DNA of 64,000 nt. Source: Plasmodiophora brassicae. Taxonomy: Eukaryota. Positions 35,786-48,534 of the stretch are shown here, piece by piece. The stretch is from positions 434,001-498,000 of the forward strand of contig CP145417.1 of NCBI GenBank assembly GCA_036867785.1, written 5' to 3'. The position numbers and the translations under genes were made by a program. The notes under the pieces were generated by a model, which had not been told where the DNA came from, did not search any database, and saw nothing but the letters and a program-made list of their open reading frames with translations. Positions within the stretch are counted from its first letter, which is position 1. Each line of letters starts with the position of its first letter.

Positions 35786-37030
35786 CTATGTGGGCGGTGC
35801 TGCTGCGGTCAGGTATTGGGCAAGCCATTCTGGGATCCAGCGGCGCGATGGACTCCATGTGAACAAAGGCGATCGGGCGCTATCCGCATCGGACGCCTGC
35901 AAGACGCGCCGGGCGTCCGGCTCGCGGCTCCTTCCGTTCCATTCCATATGCTTCAGCAGGTCGGCGTACGTTTCACGTGCGGCACGAAGCGCCATCGATT
36001 CGGCCGCTGACAGAAACGGGAACTTTGCCAGTTTCGAGATCGCCGAACGCAGCAGCCCCTCGGACAGGATCGCTTCGCCGGCGTGCTTGTAGAACGCGGC
36101 CAGCAGTCGAAGGGATTCGACGTTTAGCACGTCGTGGTCTGGCAGTCCCTGCACGTGTCACGCGAATCAACACGAGCCGACATCGAATCGACGAGACGCG
36201 GGGTTACGGCCGCCTCGGACGCCGACAGGGCGTCCTTCAGCGTCTGCTGAGCAGCGGGGCTGGTGCCTTGTGCAGCGCCGAGGAGCTGACTCGCGGCAAC
36301 GAGCAGCGGCGACTTGCCCGGCTCCAATGCGGAACGCGCCTCAGCAAGGATCGGTTCAGCACCGAGTGGATCTCGCTCCATCATGATCCACCCGGTTACC
36401 AAACGAATCGCGCCTAACAACGCGGCACGTGGGCACAGGCCAATGTCAACCAACGCGACCCGCCATACCTTGGACGTCATCGGACGCACCGCGACCGGCA
36501 TCCAGCAAACCAGTCGGGTCGTTGGCAATGACGGCACGCACAGCAGCGGTACGAGCGCCCTCTAGGTTCAGTTCTCCCGCAGGATGACAGCTCCCGCGAT
36601 GGTTAGCAAGATGGCGCGCTGCCTGGATGGAGGGATGCCCCAGCTCCTCGATCGTTCGAAGACGGTCGCACTCGTCCTTGAACTGCCCTCGCTGCTGGTA
36701 GGCAAACGCGGCGCGTTCGACAATCGACGCCATCAGGGCCGGCATTCTTAACGGGCGAACGATATCGCAGGCGCGGTTCAGCCTCGATTCCACCTGCCCA
36801 TCGACGCCCAGGTGCACCCGTCGCCGCACCAAGTCGTCTGCCTCCACGACCTCGTCGATCGGCGGGCCGGCGCCCGCCTCCAGGGCCCCGCCATCGCCCC
36901 AGTCGAACGCGACGCCGTACGCGCTGTACCGACGGCGGCAGGAGCGACGACCGAACAGCCCCACTACGGACATGAGCGAAAATGGCACGATGCAGCAGGC
37001 GCTTCAGCGTCGCTGGCTACCTACCAGCAT
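35786..37030 (-). CDS. Alpha-helical (TPR-like) hypothetical protein, possibly mitochondrial, multi-exon
   Basis: Successive minus-strand ORFs joinable at GT-AG introns; Arg-rich start (GLFGRRSCRRRYS); helical Ala/Leu pattern. Confidence 0.55.
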
Positions 37031-37101
37031 CGCGGACACGAGCGATGCCGTCGCTTCAGCCCTATTGACTACCGACAGCGCGAGAGACGTTGACTTGAGG
37101 A

Positions 37102-38094
37102 TTACACCAGTGTCTTCGTGGCACTGGAATGCGTGGCACTGGAACGCGAGGCGCTGGCCGGGGAATGCATGGCACTGCGGGGCGAGGCAACCCCCGCGGG
37201 TAGCAAGGACAGCGGCGATGCGATCCACGGCGCGAGCACATTGGAGTCGTTCAGGCATAGGTGGACCCGCCACCACATGCGGTTGACGACGTCGTATGGG
37301 TCGTTGGGGTCGGACTGGGACGGGTTCGTGTCCCACGGTTTCTGGAGCACGTAGTGAATGTTGCGCACGTCGCTGATGTCCCAGAGGTCGGGGTGGGAGA
37401 CGATCAGGGTCTTGAGCGCGTTGTAGACGTACGGGAGCAGGAACGTGGATTCAGCAAAGTACTCGTTGAGGAAGTCCTGGTCTGCGAATGGGTACGACGA
37501 CCTGTCGGCAGCGGCAAGGGCAGCTGTCAGGCTGGTCAGCGTGTCGAGGGAGGGGCACAGGACGAGGAGCCCAGAGTTGAAGTACGACGCCAACGCGCCA
37601 CGCTTCGATGTGAACGCGCAGTTGGCGGGCACCCACGATTTCGGATACTGGGGCAGTCGGTTCTGGTTGCAGGTGCAGGCTGGGCACGCGGCCAAGTCGA
37701 CGTGACCGGGGACCAGGTCGAATACATCGTCCATGTGGCGTAACACGAGCATGTCGCTATCCAGGAAGCAGACCTTGTCGTAATCCACTAACGACCAGGC
37801 TTGCAGTTTCGTCCAGACTTCAGCGAACCTTTCAAACGCATAGTCCTTCCTCGAAGAAGTACTGGGACCGGGGTCGACTGGATCGACGTGTACAACTCGC
37901 ATGCCAGGAACGCCCGCGACAGATATCAGCGTATGCGAACTGACCGCTGACGTTACCATGGCCACAAGCGGGTACGCGGTCCCCGATGACATCAGGGATC
38001 GCCCAAGGGTCACTGTGCCAACGGCATACTGGTCGCGCGTCAACAGCGTTGCCCACGCTCGTCTCTCGCTCGATTCCTTCTTCCTCGACCCCAT
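37102..38094 (-). CDS. Glycosyltransferase family 8 (galactinol synthase/glycogenin-like)
   Basis: AWATLLT, WTKLQAWSL, FLDSDML (DxD), YFNSG, FADQDFLN, LPYVYNALK, IHYVLQKPW; intronless. Confidence 0.93.
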   Translation of the reverse strand: MGSRKKESSERRAWATLLTRDQYAVGTVTLGRSLMSSGTAYPLVAMVTSAVSSHTLISVAGVPGMRVVHVDPVDPGPSTSSRKDYAFERFAEVWTKLQAWSLVDYDKVCFLDSDMLVLRHMDDVFDLVPGHVDLAACPACTCNQNRLPQYPKSWVPANCAFTSKRGALASYFNSGLLVLCPSLDTLTSLTAALAAADRSSYPFADQDFLNEYFAESTFLLPYVYNALKTLIVSHPDLWDISDVRNIHYVLQKPWDTNPSQSDPNDPYDVVNRMWWRVHLCLNDSNVLAPWIASPLSLLPAGVASPRSAMHSPASASRSSATHSSATKTLV

Positions 38095-38488
38095 TCTCGG
38101 GATGTCGACTGGGCGGACTTGACGACCAAGAAGCAAATCACGTCGCGTCGAAAGTGTTAACTGTCCCAGGCAGACCTTGTTCTGGACCCCGGCTGCGACC
38201 CTTCGGGCGTTCGGCCACTAGCTCTGTGACGACCGAAAGACGCGCCGCGGACGGCTTATCTGTTACACAAGTCGGCCACTGCGAAATGCACAGCGCCTCT
38301 ACCCACTTCGTTCGGTTTTAATAAGCCGGAACCATCGGCTGAAAACGATTCGACTGTGGCGCTATTTTGGGGCAGCAGGGTCGCGGAACTCGGATACCTA
38401 AATTCGGGGGTCGACCTTTTCAGTCAACAGCCGATCCAGGGCGCTGGCAGTGAGTCGTCCAGAACACCGCGATCGCTTCACTGCAGTC

Positions 38489-39647
38489 ATGAAGCACGCG
38501 GTTCACGCGTTAGCGGTCATGCGTTTGCTCGTATTCGTCACGGGGCGTCTGGCGGCGTTCGATCCGGGCGACTGGATGCGCGACCTCCGTGAGGTGATCG
38601 GCCAGTTCCCGCTGACACGCGTCGCCATTCCCGGAAGCCACAACTCCGGATCGCATGCCGCCACATGGAAGAGCGCCCGATCCGATGATAGCGAGCTGCA
38701 TCCCGTGCTGCACAAAGTGGTACCTTTCGTCGTTGCCGATTGGGCTCGTGTACGTTCGACTGTGTCCGTTGGCGCCACCCGACCATACTGACATGTCGCA
38801 GTGTCAGCGAAACTCGATTCTCTTGCAGTTACTGAACGGCATTCGTTATCTGGATGTTCGCCTGCAGTATGCACCGGGTGGCAAATCGTCGTTGTGCCAC
38901 TCGGTCTGCTGCATGCCGCTGGCTGATTTCAACAGGGAGCTACGCGAGTTCGTCGACGGGCACGCCAGCGAAATTGTCATCGTCCACAGCCATCGCGGCA
39001 TATTCGGCCTGTCCGACAACCGTGACGAGGCGGCTGCCCAGCAGAACGAAGTCGTCCCTGCGGTGGTCGACGGCATTGGGCGCGAGCGAGTCGCGAACCG
39101 TCTGTTTACAGCCGGTTCCCTCGTCAATGCATTCATGGACGCCGGTGTCAACGTCGTCATGGTGTTCCCGGATGAGAGCGTCTCTCGCCGACACAACATA
39201 TGGGACGAATCACAGAGCCTAACGCGACACTGGCCGGCATCGGAGAACGTCCGCGACGTTCTCAACTTTGCCAAGGAGCTCTGGCGGAAGCGCGACAATT
39301 TCTCCAAGTTGCACGTTGCCGAACTTATCCTGTCCCCGAAGGACACGAGCATCGTTGCTGCCGCGGCCGCCGGTCTGGCAACCGGTGTACCTTTGGGGAT
39401 TGTCGGGTCATCCCTCTGCAAGGGCTTGGCAGACTACTACGTTCCGCAGACGATTATGGGATTCTGCAGACAGCTAACCGAATCTGTGCCCGACTTCCTT
39501 CACCACTGCTGGGTCACCAGCAGCGACGACATCTTCGAGAACATCAACATCATCATGATTGACGACTGCGACATGCAATCCGGGGCGATCATCAAACGCA
39601 TCGTTCAAGTCAACCTGGACAAGATCCCGTTGACGAATGGCCCATAG
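38489..39647 (+). CDS. Secreted PI-PLC X-domain protein (PLCXD-like)
   Basis: Signal-like start, WM....L..VAIPGSHNS, QLLNGIRYLDVR, EIVIV; one intron near 38750-38800. Confidence 0.88.
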
Positions 39648-39871
39648 GTCACCTCCACTTCATCGTCTAACGAAACTGCAGGCGATGGCTGCACGTGACA
39701 CCTGAGATCAGCCTCACAGCGGGCTCTCTACCTATTGCAACGAGGTTCTAGGGGCAGCTACACCCATTAAATCATGGTGTGCCTGTCAAGTACCCAGGCA
39801 GCGGTCGATCACGGGTACCGCCTAGCTCCTGTAGTGTAATAGCATCTCCTGCATTACACATCGTGCTCACC

Positions 39872-41409
39872 ATGGCCGGTGCCCTGGCGCCATGTGCGTT
39901 ACTCGCGCTGTGCGTTGCCGTCGTTGACGGCTCGGTGACGTTCCCATCGGCGGCCCCTGGCAGTCCACTCGCAGGTGTGCACTTGTACTCGGCAGCAATG
40001 ACATCGTTTATCGGGCCTCAGCCTGGAGATCCCGACAGCACCAGGACCGGTCCGGTCGTCATTTTCGACGGCGACTTATGCCAGCCGTCAACGATGCAGG
40101 CTCCAGGAAGCATCATCTTCATAACGACGGGTTCGGCAACGCGGGCCGCGTGCTCCTACGAGACCCGGTACCTCTCGTTATACGTCACTGGTGCCGCTGC
40201 TATACTTCGTAGGTGCTCGCGCGCATGTTGAGCCGCCTTGTTTTGAACATATGCCCTTTAGTGCCTGCGGTAGACAATGTTCCATCTGTGCAGATGTACA
40301 CGAACGACGGATCGCAAGGTGCCTACACGCGTCACCTTCCTACGCTGTTCCTTCACGTCGGGCCTAGCAATGAGGTGTACAACACAGTGGTATCCGCTGC
40401 TCCCGGGCAGAACGCCACCGTGTCGCCCGACGCCAACGTCTGGCAGGACACGTTCGCATCATGGTACTACCAGTTGTTCATTCGGATCCTGCCCAGTTTC
40501 GTCTTGATTGCATCGGGGCTGACCGCGTCTGTGTACTTGGCTGTCCACATGCGCTTCATGCGCGGCGAGTACGAAAGCACCTTTCCCGTGGCGCGCCGAT
40601 CGCTGTCAAGGTGGATGGCGTTCGCTCGGAAGTCAGCGGGGTTGCCGCACGCCGTCCTGGCCATCGAGGTGGCCACCGCCACCCTTTCCGGTGCCATTCT
40701 GGCGATCGACGGCTATTTCAGCACGCCGAACCTGCCGTTCCCTGTCCTTCAGTATTTCATCACGCTGCTGAGCGGGTGGAGCTTCGCGTCGTCCCTGCTC
40801 TCCGCATCGGTTTGGGTGCGCCACCTGTCGTGCATCGTCGATTCGAAGTCGCTGTTGACTCGCGTCGTCCGAGGCGACTACCTGTCCGTATTCGTCCTGC
40901 TGGCCGTCATCCCCATCATCGTCGACACAGCTGGTAGTGTCCTGTTTGCCATGTACCATGGGCAGCTGGCGGTGACAACGATCATCTCGGCACTTGGGTT
41001 CCTGCTCCAGCTGACAGTGGGCGTACACGTCCTGACGAGCGTCATGCATTACTACTGTACGGTCCGCAAGGTATTCGTGCAAACGACGCACGCTGCGTCT
41101 GATGCCGACGAAGGCATGGACGCAATTCTGCGCCGCCTGAGCGTCTGCGCCCTGGGCATGTCGCTCTCGATGATCCTGTTCTGCTTCGGGACCGCCCTGA
41201 TCGCGCTGTCGTCAGCGTCTCTGTACAGCCCGGCACGATGGACGGCCATCTGGTCGTTGATCTATAGCGGTCGGGCAGCGGATAGCGCGTTTCGTGTTGC
41301 GATGTTCAAGCCCCGGTCCGCCCAACCGTCGTTTAAACACAATGTCATTGCCGTTACGCCCGACACAAAGAAAACGTGGGCGTCACTCTCGACCCCTCTA
41401 CATCAGTAG
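39872..41409 (+). CDS. Signal peptide + extracellular domain + about 7 TM helices (GPCR-like membrane protein)
   Basis: Intron 40209-40261 joins two ORFs; about seven hydrophobic segments in the C-terminal 300 aa. Confidence 0.7.
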
Positions 41410-41555
41410 AGGCTTGTAAGCGATGCCAGGGGGCTTCAATAAAGTACGTCCCAGGCCATGTCAACCTGAAGGAGACGCAGAGCGACCCCGATGCGGGTAA
41501 ATCCTCAGGTACTATTCATTCATAGCGACGAGGGCGTTGCATTTGGTGTCGGCGA

Positions 41556-43280
41556 TCACGCGTCAGCATATGCACTGCTCATGATGTTGCTGGTCGTGTG
41601 CCCCACCGGTTCGCCTGCCAGCGCGATCAGGCTGCGCGGGGCCTGCACGGCGCGGTGCGGGGTGCGTGGGCCCGGTGCGGCGACCGGGCCGACGCACATC
41701 GCGCTCGCGTTCCGACACGCGGACGTGTAGTCGGTGGCGCCCGCGTCACCCATCTGCCAGTGTCGCACACCCGGTTAGAACCCCCATCGCTTCCAAGTTG
41801 CCGGGTCGCCCCGACCGTTAACCGAATCGCCGACTGCCTTCGATTCGCCGCCCTGGAGGCGTCGCGTCGCCTGGGCGGCAACGTCTTGAACTGCCGCATG
41901 TTCTCGGTTGTGAACCTCAGCTTGTCGTCGAGGTCGGCGCATGACGCTTGGATCGGCCAGCTGGCTTTCGAGAACCGCGCCTTGGTCGCCTCCGCGACTC
42001 TCCTGACGTTCGACGTCTCGCCTGGCGCCTGTGCGCACTTGTCGCCATAGGTTCGTGCCGACGTCGATATCCATTCCGATCCACCAGGGCCCGACGACGA
42101 CGTCGGCGCTAGCACCGACACTTTCGCCGCTGGACGCTTGGGCAGGTTCAGTGCCGGCAGCTTGACCGGCTGGAAATCGTGACGAAAGGTCGTCTCGTAG
42201 TCGGTCGGTTTCGCACCTGTCGAGGGCCCCGACGACGCCAGCAGGTTCGTGCTACGGTTCGAGGGCGCTGTCGCCCGGAGGAACCGGCCGCCGATGCTCG
42301 GGAAGACTCCTTCGCGTGTCGTTGTGCGGTACTGCAGATCGTGGGTTAGTGTTAGGGCGCCTGCCCATATACATATATGGCGCCTACCATGCAGGCGTCG
42401 TTGCCGAACACAATGTTACGCTGCGGGACAACGCGCCGGATCGTCGTCCGTTCCGACATGCCCGACCTGTCGGTGAAGAAGGCCGCCGACGTCGTCGTGA
42501 AATCGCGGCGATTGACGCCTTCGTCCTGCGCCATGCGGACGTTGTCGTGATGAGGCCGATGCGTTGCCGCCTTCCGGGCGACGGTTCGCGAAGGCATGAT
42601 CTGCGACAGCGTATTGTTCGTCTGCCACGATCGTGGTGTGCAACCCGGTTGCGCTTGCGTCGACGTGAGCCTTGGCACCTCGACAGGCCGGGCTCGAGCG
42701 CTCGGGCCTGTGCATTTGGGGGCGGCGAAGTTCCGAGCGCTGGTCGACGTCCAGTCCGGCGGGTAATGCCCTAGGACAAGTCGCGACACGACCGGCTTGT
42801 GCATGGAGACGTGTGCCGATCCCAGCGGCTGTGGGCAAAACCTCTGCGTTTGCTCCGTCGTCCAAGCGCTCGCTTCGTGGCCGAACACAATGTGGCCGGG
42901 CTGTGCGGCACCTGCCAGAGGCGTCACCATATGGGACGGCGGTTGCGGCAGCGCGGGTTGCGATGTGGTCCTGGAGCGCTCCCCTGCGTAATCGCTGGAC
43001 ATGATGGCGGATGTCGTATACGTGCCCGACGATTCGCCGGCGCCGAACGTGACGGAATCGGGCGCTGACTGATTCGCGACGGCTTGCGACTTCAGTCCAT
43101 GGAGCCCAGCGAAGGCGGCTGTCGTTGCTGACTCAAAGACGGGTGAACGCTCGCCAAGCTTGATGCTCGTCCTGCATACCGACGGGTTAAACGTGAAATG
43201 GGTGGCAGTGCTAGGTCTGGGTAATACCTTCGGGATTGGGCCAGGAGCTGGAGTTTCGTGTCATGACTATCCTTCCAGGA
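41556..43280 (-). CDS. Repeat protein resembling axonemal microtubule-inner proteins (SAXO/TEX45-like), multi-exon
   Basis: Recurring (I/V)xFG/LG...(W/Y)xTTxxxxF/Y units: HIVFGHEASAWTTEQTQRF, LVLGHYPPDWTSTSARNF, DYETTFRHDF, EWISTSARTY. Ends uncertain. Confidence 0.5.
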
Positions 43281-43605
43281 CTGACGACGTCGGCCCTCCT
43301 GTAGAAAGGCGGCCGTAGCGCTCCCACCCGTCATGAACGAATGGCAACAATATGTACGTCGAAAGTCCCTACCCGGAATAAAGTCGATCGATCCCATGCG
43401 ATCGTACCGCACGAATGCGCCCAACGGTGCGAATCTCCATCGTCTGACTGATTCCCTTAAGTGAAGCACTGTGGGCAACGCCTGGCGTCTCTGGCGTGGG
43501 CACATCATGGGTACGAGTTCGACAACGAGTGCTCGGTGCTGGCCGCTGACGGTTGCGGTACAACCATGAGACAGATCGTTCGATCGGTCAGCCACGCTCC
43601 GACTT

Positions 43606-44139
43606 TTACAAATGAAATTGTTCTTCCGGGTCGTTGCCGTCTATAGGGGCCAGGGCGTCACCGCCGCGCTGCGCCATGAACTGAACCAGGTGGTCAAGGA
43701 CTTCTTTGGCCCTTGTTACGAGGCTGAGTCGGACCCGGAACGCATTGTCGAATTCGTTTGGGTACGGAACGGTCCCCAGGATCTCAAAATCGTCGTACGA
43801 GACGCTGTCTAGCACACGATCGCGCATCTGCTCCATCAACAACGCTATCTCCCTGGCGGACAGCTGCTTCCGTCCCTGGCAGAACGTTACCCGTTGCAGA
43901 ACGCGACGCAGATCGCCTTTCGAAATCCGCCCGTCGCCATCGCTGTCAAACCGCTCAAACGCCCGCTTCGTGATCTGGTTGTCGATCGCGAAATCGCGTT
44001 TCTCGAACTCGGCGTCCTGCGCAGCACGCGACGGGCGTCGCGACGACGACGACGACGACGACGTCGACACCCTCAACCTGCTGACGACATGCAGCCGCGA
44101 CGCCGCTCGCGTAGGCTTCCTCATCGGCCAGACCGACAT
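43606..44139 (-). CDS. EF-hand protein (possibly the 5' exon of the repeat-protein gene)
   Basis: AFERFDSDGDGRISKGDL canonical EF-hand; the ORF ends at a GTAAAA donor-like site. Confidence 0.6.
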   Translation of the reverse strand: MSVWPMRKPTRAASRLHVVSRLRVSTSSSSSSSRRPSRAAQDAEFEKRDFAIDNQITKRAFERFDSDGDGRISKGDLRRVLQRVTFCQGRKQLSAREIALLMEQMRDRVLDSVSYDDFEILGTVPYPNEFDNAFRVRLSLVTRAKEVLDHLVQFMAQRGGDALAPIDGNDPEEQFHL

Positions 44140-44492
44140 CGCAGCACTAGTAGTGTACAGCAAGCGTCAGCGTACACTGTGCGGGCAGAGCGCGTGCCGC
44201 CTGCATGTGACGTCGTTGTTCGGGGACGGGTGCCCGCCGCCGACGTGATTCGGCCCGGTGCCGTCATGCACACGCAGAGTGGCCGAACAGGGCGGGCGGC
44301 GCCCTGGCTGCCACTGCGAGGCAGGGCGCGTTCTGCCTTGCTCGGTTGGGCGGCTGCGGGCGTTCTCAAGTGGCATATTCGGCATATTCGGACAGTGGAG
44401 CCTGCGATCTGATTGTCATTCGGGTGGTTGCAGTGGGAGTGAGGGGGGTGGGGGCGCCTCTGTGATCGGCACTCGGGTCACGCGGTCGCCGA

Positions 44493-47437
44493 ATGGATGG
44501 CCTCGCCGAGATCGTCGTCAGTCTGACGCGGTTCGCGTTCGCGACGGTCACGTCGCATTTCATCGGAGAGCAGCTTGGACGACGGTGGGAGCGGGGCTTG
44601 CGAACCGGTTCGGTTCGCAATTGACCATGCGACAGGGCTGGGTTCCCGCAGCTGACTGGGTACATTCTTGGCGGATTCATCTCTGGGCCATGGGGGATCC
44701 ACCTTGTCGAACTGGAGACTCTGCACCGGTTGTCGTTCATCAACGGGGTTGCTCTGGCCGTCATTGCGTTCTGCGCTGGTGCTGAGCTATACCTTCCAGG
44801 TCCGTACGCTGTGGCAGGATAGTCCCATTCAGTGCCAGCTTCCCCCTGACGACGGTTTCGTTAGACATTCGGCCGCACCTGAGAACAATCATTACGCAGA
44901 TGACGTTTATTGTTGCGATGACGCTGGCCTGGTGTGCGTGTACCGTCATGATAATTCGCAAATGGTCTAACCACCAGCTCAGAACCGTGTCGCAATGGCC
45001 GGGTCATTGATACTGTGCATGTATGTATGCAGGGTGCCGTACATGTCGACGGCTGAGTTGCCATGCCAGTGGCAAATTGCACTGCTCTGTGCCTCCATCA
45101 TGATTGCAAGGTCTCCGTCCTCGGCAATGGCACTGATACAGGAGTCGTTTGCCAAAGGCCCAATCACGTCGATGTGCATGGGGATTACCGTTGTCAGGTT
45201 AGGACATGATGTTGATCGCTGCAGGACACGTCGCTTATATTCACCTTAGTGATGCTGCGTTGCTGGTGGCGTTCGCTGTGATGAGCTCGCTGGCTTCCGC
45301 AGAATGCCTGGGTAACTTTGGTGCTGGGGAACACATCGCGCGCCTGACTTACATCCCTTTAGGGCAAGGTATTGATTCTTGGGCGTTCGTATCACTTGGC
45401 GTTTCCGTCTTTGGATCAATTGTTGCGGGGTACGTCCTCGGCAGGCTCATTGTGGCCATTCTCTGGATTCCGTTATCCTCGTCATATATCAAAGGCGGAA
45501 TCATCATCTCGATTGGGTATGCTGTCTTCTATCTAGCCAGGTACGCCGCTCAGAAGGGCACGGTAACGGCTGCTGACGACAATTGTAGAGTTGTTGAGCG
45601 TGCTTCCTGGTCACGATTCGGCCATAGGTTTCGGATCGAACCTCTCCTGGTCTGCATGGTTGCCAGCTGTGCTGCCTGCAACGCAACATCAAAGCGACGC
45701 AGTCTGACTAGCATCCTCCACAATTCATCCCTGTACGTCTTCCTCCCGTTCTTCACGTTGAGTAAGGACGCCTTTGCTGCTGTTACACTGTTTGCCCTAG
45801 CCGACGTTTGGCTGCAGCAGGAGCGTCATTACGTGTGGAAAACACTGGCCCCGTTCTACCGCTGAGCATTATCCTGTTTTCGTCCCGCATGATTGCCATT
45901 TGGATGGGATCGCAGATCGCCTTGAAGTCGACGCCACTAGGAGAGTTCGGCAAACAGTAAGCAGACTGTTTGCATTTGGTGCTCGGTTTCGGCCCGCCTG
46001 ACCTACGCAGGTATCCGTACTTGTGGATGACTCTCACTACTCAAGCGGGCGCCGCCATTGGTCTCGCCAATGAGTTGGTAGGAAGGAGTCGCACGTCGTA
46101 TCGCGCCTAGTTTCGCTAAATGCTGCTGCCCAGGCATTCTCCTTCAAACCGTGGGGTACGTCTTTCGCCGACGCCATTACCATGGTCGTGGTTCTGAACC
46201 AGGTTGTCGGGCCGTTCATCTTGTGAGGCCCATGCGAACATGTGCATGATTGGCCATGCTGACTTGACGTGTTTGATCAGCCGTTTCGCTCTCCAGCGAG
46301 TAGGCGAGGACCGCTCACCGAAACATTGGCAAGGCCAGGATGTCGCCGTCCTAGGCGCAAATCGAATCGCAATGTCGATCAGCGCCCGACTTTGTCGCGC
46401 CGGGTGCCGTGTTCGTGTTGTTCGCTCCGACGACGTCAGCGAGGCTGTCGCCAAGATGAGGATCGATCAGGTGGGTTTGCATCAGGACGCGACGTACCGT
46501 TTTCGGCCAAACCCCCATACCATATACAGGTCCTGGCATCACTTGCATCGGAGGAGAAGGACGCGAATGCTGTCTTCCACCTACGGCTGATGACAGAGTC
46601 GCTGCCTGCCAATTTAGGTCAGCTGACGAGTTCCTGCGGGACGAACAGACATCACGTGGACCTCGACTACTGCCCTCCGTTGTCGCCGTCGCCGGACGGC
46701 GCCCACGATTCGAAGTCGGCGCCGTTGCTGTGCCAGGATCATTGGGAGCTGTCCACGCTGGTGCAGCGTCTGATACCTGAACAATGTGCCACTGTCGTCG
46801 TTGCCCTGGACACTGATGCGCAGACGGCCAAGGCATGTGACCTGATTACATCGTCGTGCCCGCATATCATCCCCCGAATCGTCGCCATCGGTTTGACCGC
46901 GTTTCCGGCAGTCTGGACAGAATCTGACAGGTGCCTTGTGGCAGCCGAGCGCGAGGAGACCATTGCCCAGCTCTGCAGCTATGGCATCATTGTCGTCAAT
47001 TCCCACACGTCTCTGGCCGAGGTTGCGTCAGCGCTGGCATTGACGCATTCATCGCAGGTCAGGTGCTTGTCGGGTTGGCGCGCGCGATGTTATTCTGATT
47101 GGCAGGGTCGAAGGCTGTGTCAATTCTCGCCGCTGGCAAGTTCTCGGTCCATGCTGCGCGCTCGCTGATCAAACCTATCGACGTATCTGCAGGCCCTGCA
47201 AGCGGGCCGGCATCGATCGGCGGCGCCGTCGAAGGGCAGCCTGTGCACAAGTTGACGTTGCGGCTCCAACCGCGTCCCGAGATGATGTTCTCGCCCGATG
47301 ACTGGGCCGTGCCGATGACGACCAAGGCAGGAGCCGATCCGGTCCCAGTCGCTCACGAGTCCAACTGGAAGCACGCTGACCGGCAAAGGCGACGTCGTGG
47401 TCATTCCCCAGCACCGCGTTGGATGTCGCTCAGCTGA
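44493..47437 (+). CDS. Cation/H+ antiporter (CPA2/Kef-like) with C-terminal TrkA-N-like domain, many exons
   Basis: FPQLTGYILGG, IAFCAGAEL, ARSPSSA, LPFFTL, LWMTLTTQAGAAIGLA, NQVVGP, VAVLGANRIA. Confidence 0.8.
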
Positions 47438-47990
47438 TCCAGTGCTTCTACTTGGTTTCCGGCATAGGTATAGATTTAGTAATATAAAACAAGGATCGCA
47501 TTCAGTTGTTGGCAGCGACTCCCTACGATGTGCAGTAGCCCGGCCTGGTAGATAGTTTCGATGAGGATCATCACCCAGTCCGACGGGGCCTGCCAGTCGT
47601 TCAACGAGAACGTTGCAATGAGAGACCCCGGCCTGGACATGCGGCTCCTGGAAGCGGTCCGCGTCCTATAGAAACATCTGCTCATTTTCCACATCGACGT
47701 ACCGGTCGACGAGTGATTTGAGCTATGCTCTGCAGATCGATCACCCCATCTTATCGTGCGTCCCATCTGCGTTGAGGTCCATGGAAGGACCAAACGTCGT
47801 AAACCATACCCCGCACGACGATAGAGCTGTTATCGGATGAGACCCCTGATGATGAGTACGCGCGAGCTGCAGTGAACGGAGAAAAGGCCGTGCGGGACGA
47901 TCACAGTCGCCGGCGGGGCGTCGCAGGCGGCAAGGGTGGCCCCGGTGCTCGGCGCATTTGTTGCGGAGTGTCAGCCGCCGCACCCCCGCA

Positions 47991-48378
47991 ATGGCGTTGG
48001 CAACGGCGGCAGCTGGGGCCGTCCGAGCTGTAATGTCTGCCGGTGCTCGGCCGTGCGGTTTCATGGTACCGATCGTGCACGGAGCGCTGCTGACCTGCCG
48101 ACGTTCCGACTGACGGTGCGTTCGGCGCGCAGGTGCATAGGACCCCGCTGGGGTATCTGCCCGTCTACCTGGAAGTGCGCCGAGAGACCAGCAAGTACCA
48201 GTCCGTCGAGGCAACCGTGATACGCGGCCTGGAGGGCAACGTCACCCAGCTCGTCGACGAGTTGCGGAACGAACTGGGCGAGCTCGACGTCCTCAGCAGA
48301 GCTGGGGGCGACTCGCTCGTTCTGTGGGGCAACTACATGGACGAATGCACGGAATATCTACTGCGACGAGGCTTCTAG
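47991..48378 (+). CDS. MRPL49: Mitochondrial ribosomal protein mL49 (Img2), copy A
   Basis: Exons 47991-48065 and 48133-48378; VHRTPLGYLPVY..TVIRGLEGN..L.LWG..YLLRRGF. Confidence 0.88.
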
Positions 48379-48534
48379 ATGGCAGCGCCTCAGTATAATA
48401 TATCTGTTTGGGGCGTTTCTCTCTACGTGTACGGCTGCACCGATACCATGGCATGCCCGCGAGTACGGCTCTGGTGACACCTGGACGCAACGCCCATGGA
48501 CCCTCTCTGGTGCACTAGGATATGGATTATTTTA

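Noticed and set aside
35786-37030. Possibility that the gene next to eboF is eboA or eboE
   Set aside because: No EboA or TIM-barrel motifs seen; it looks like a helical organellar protein
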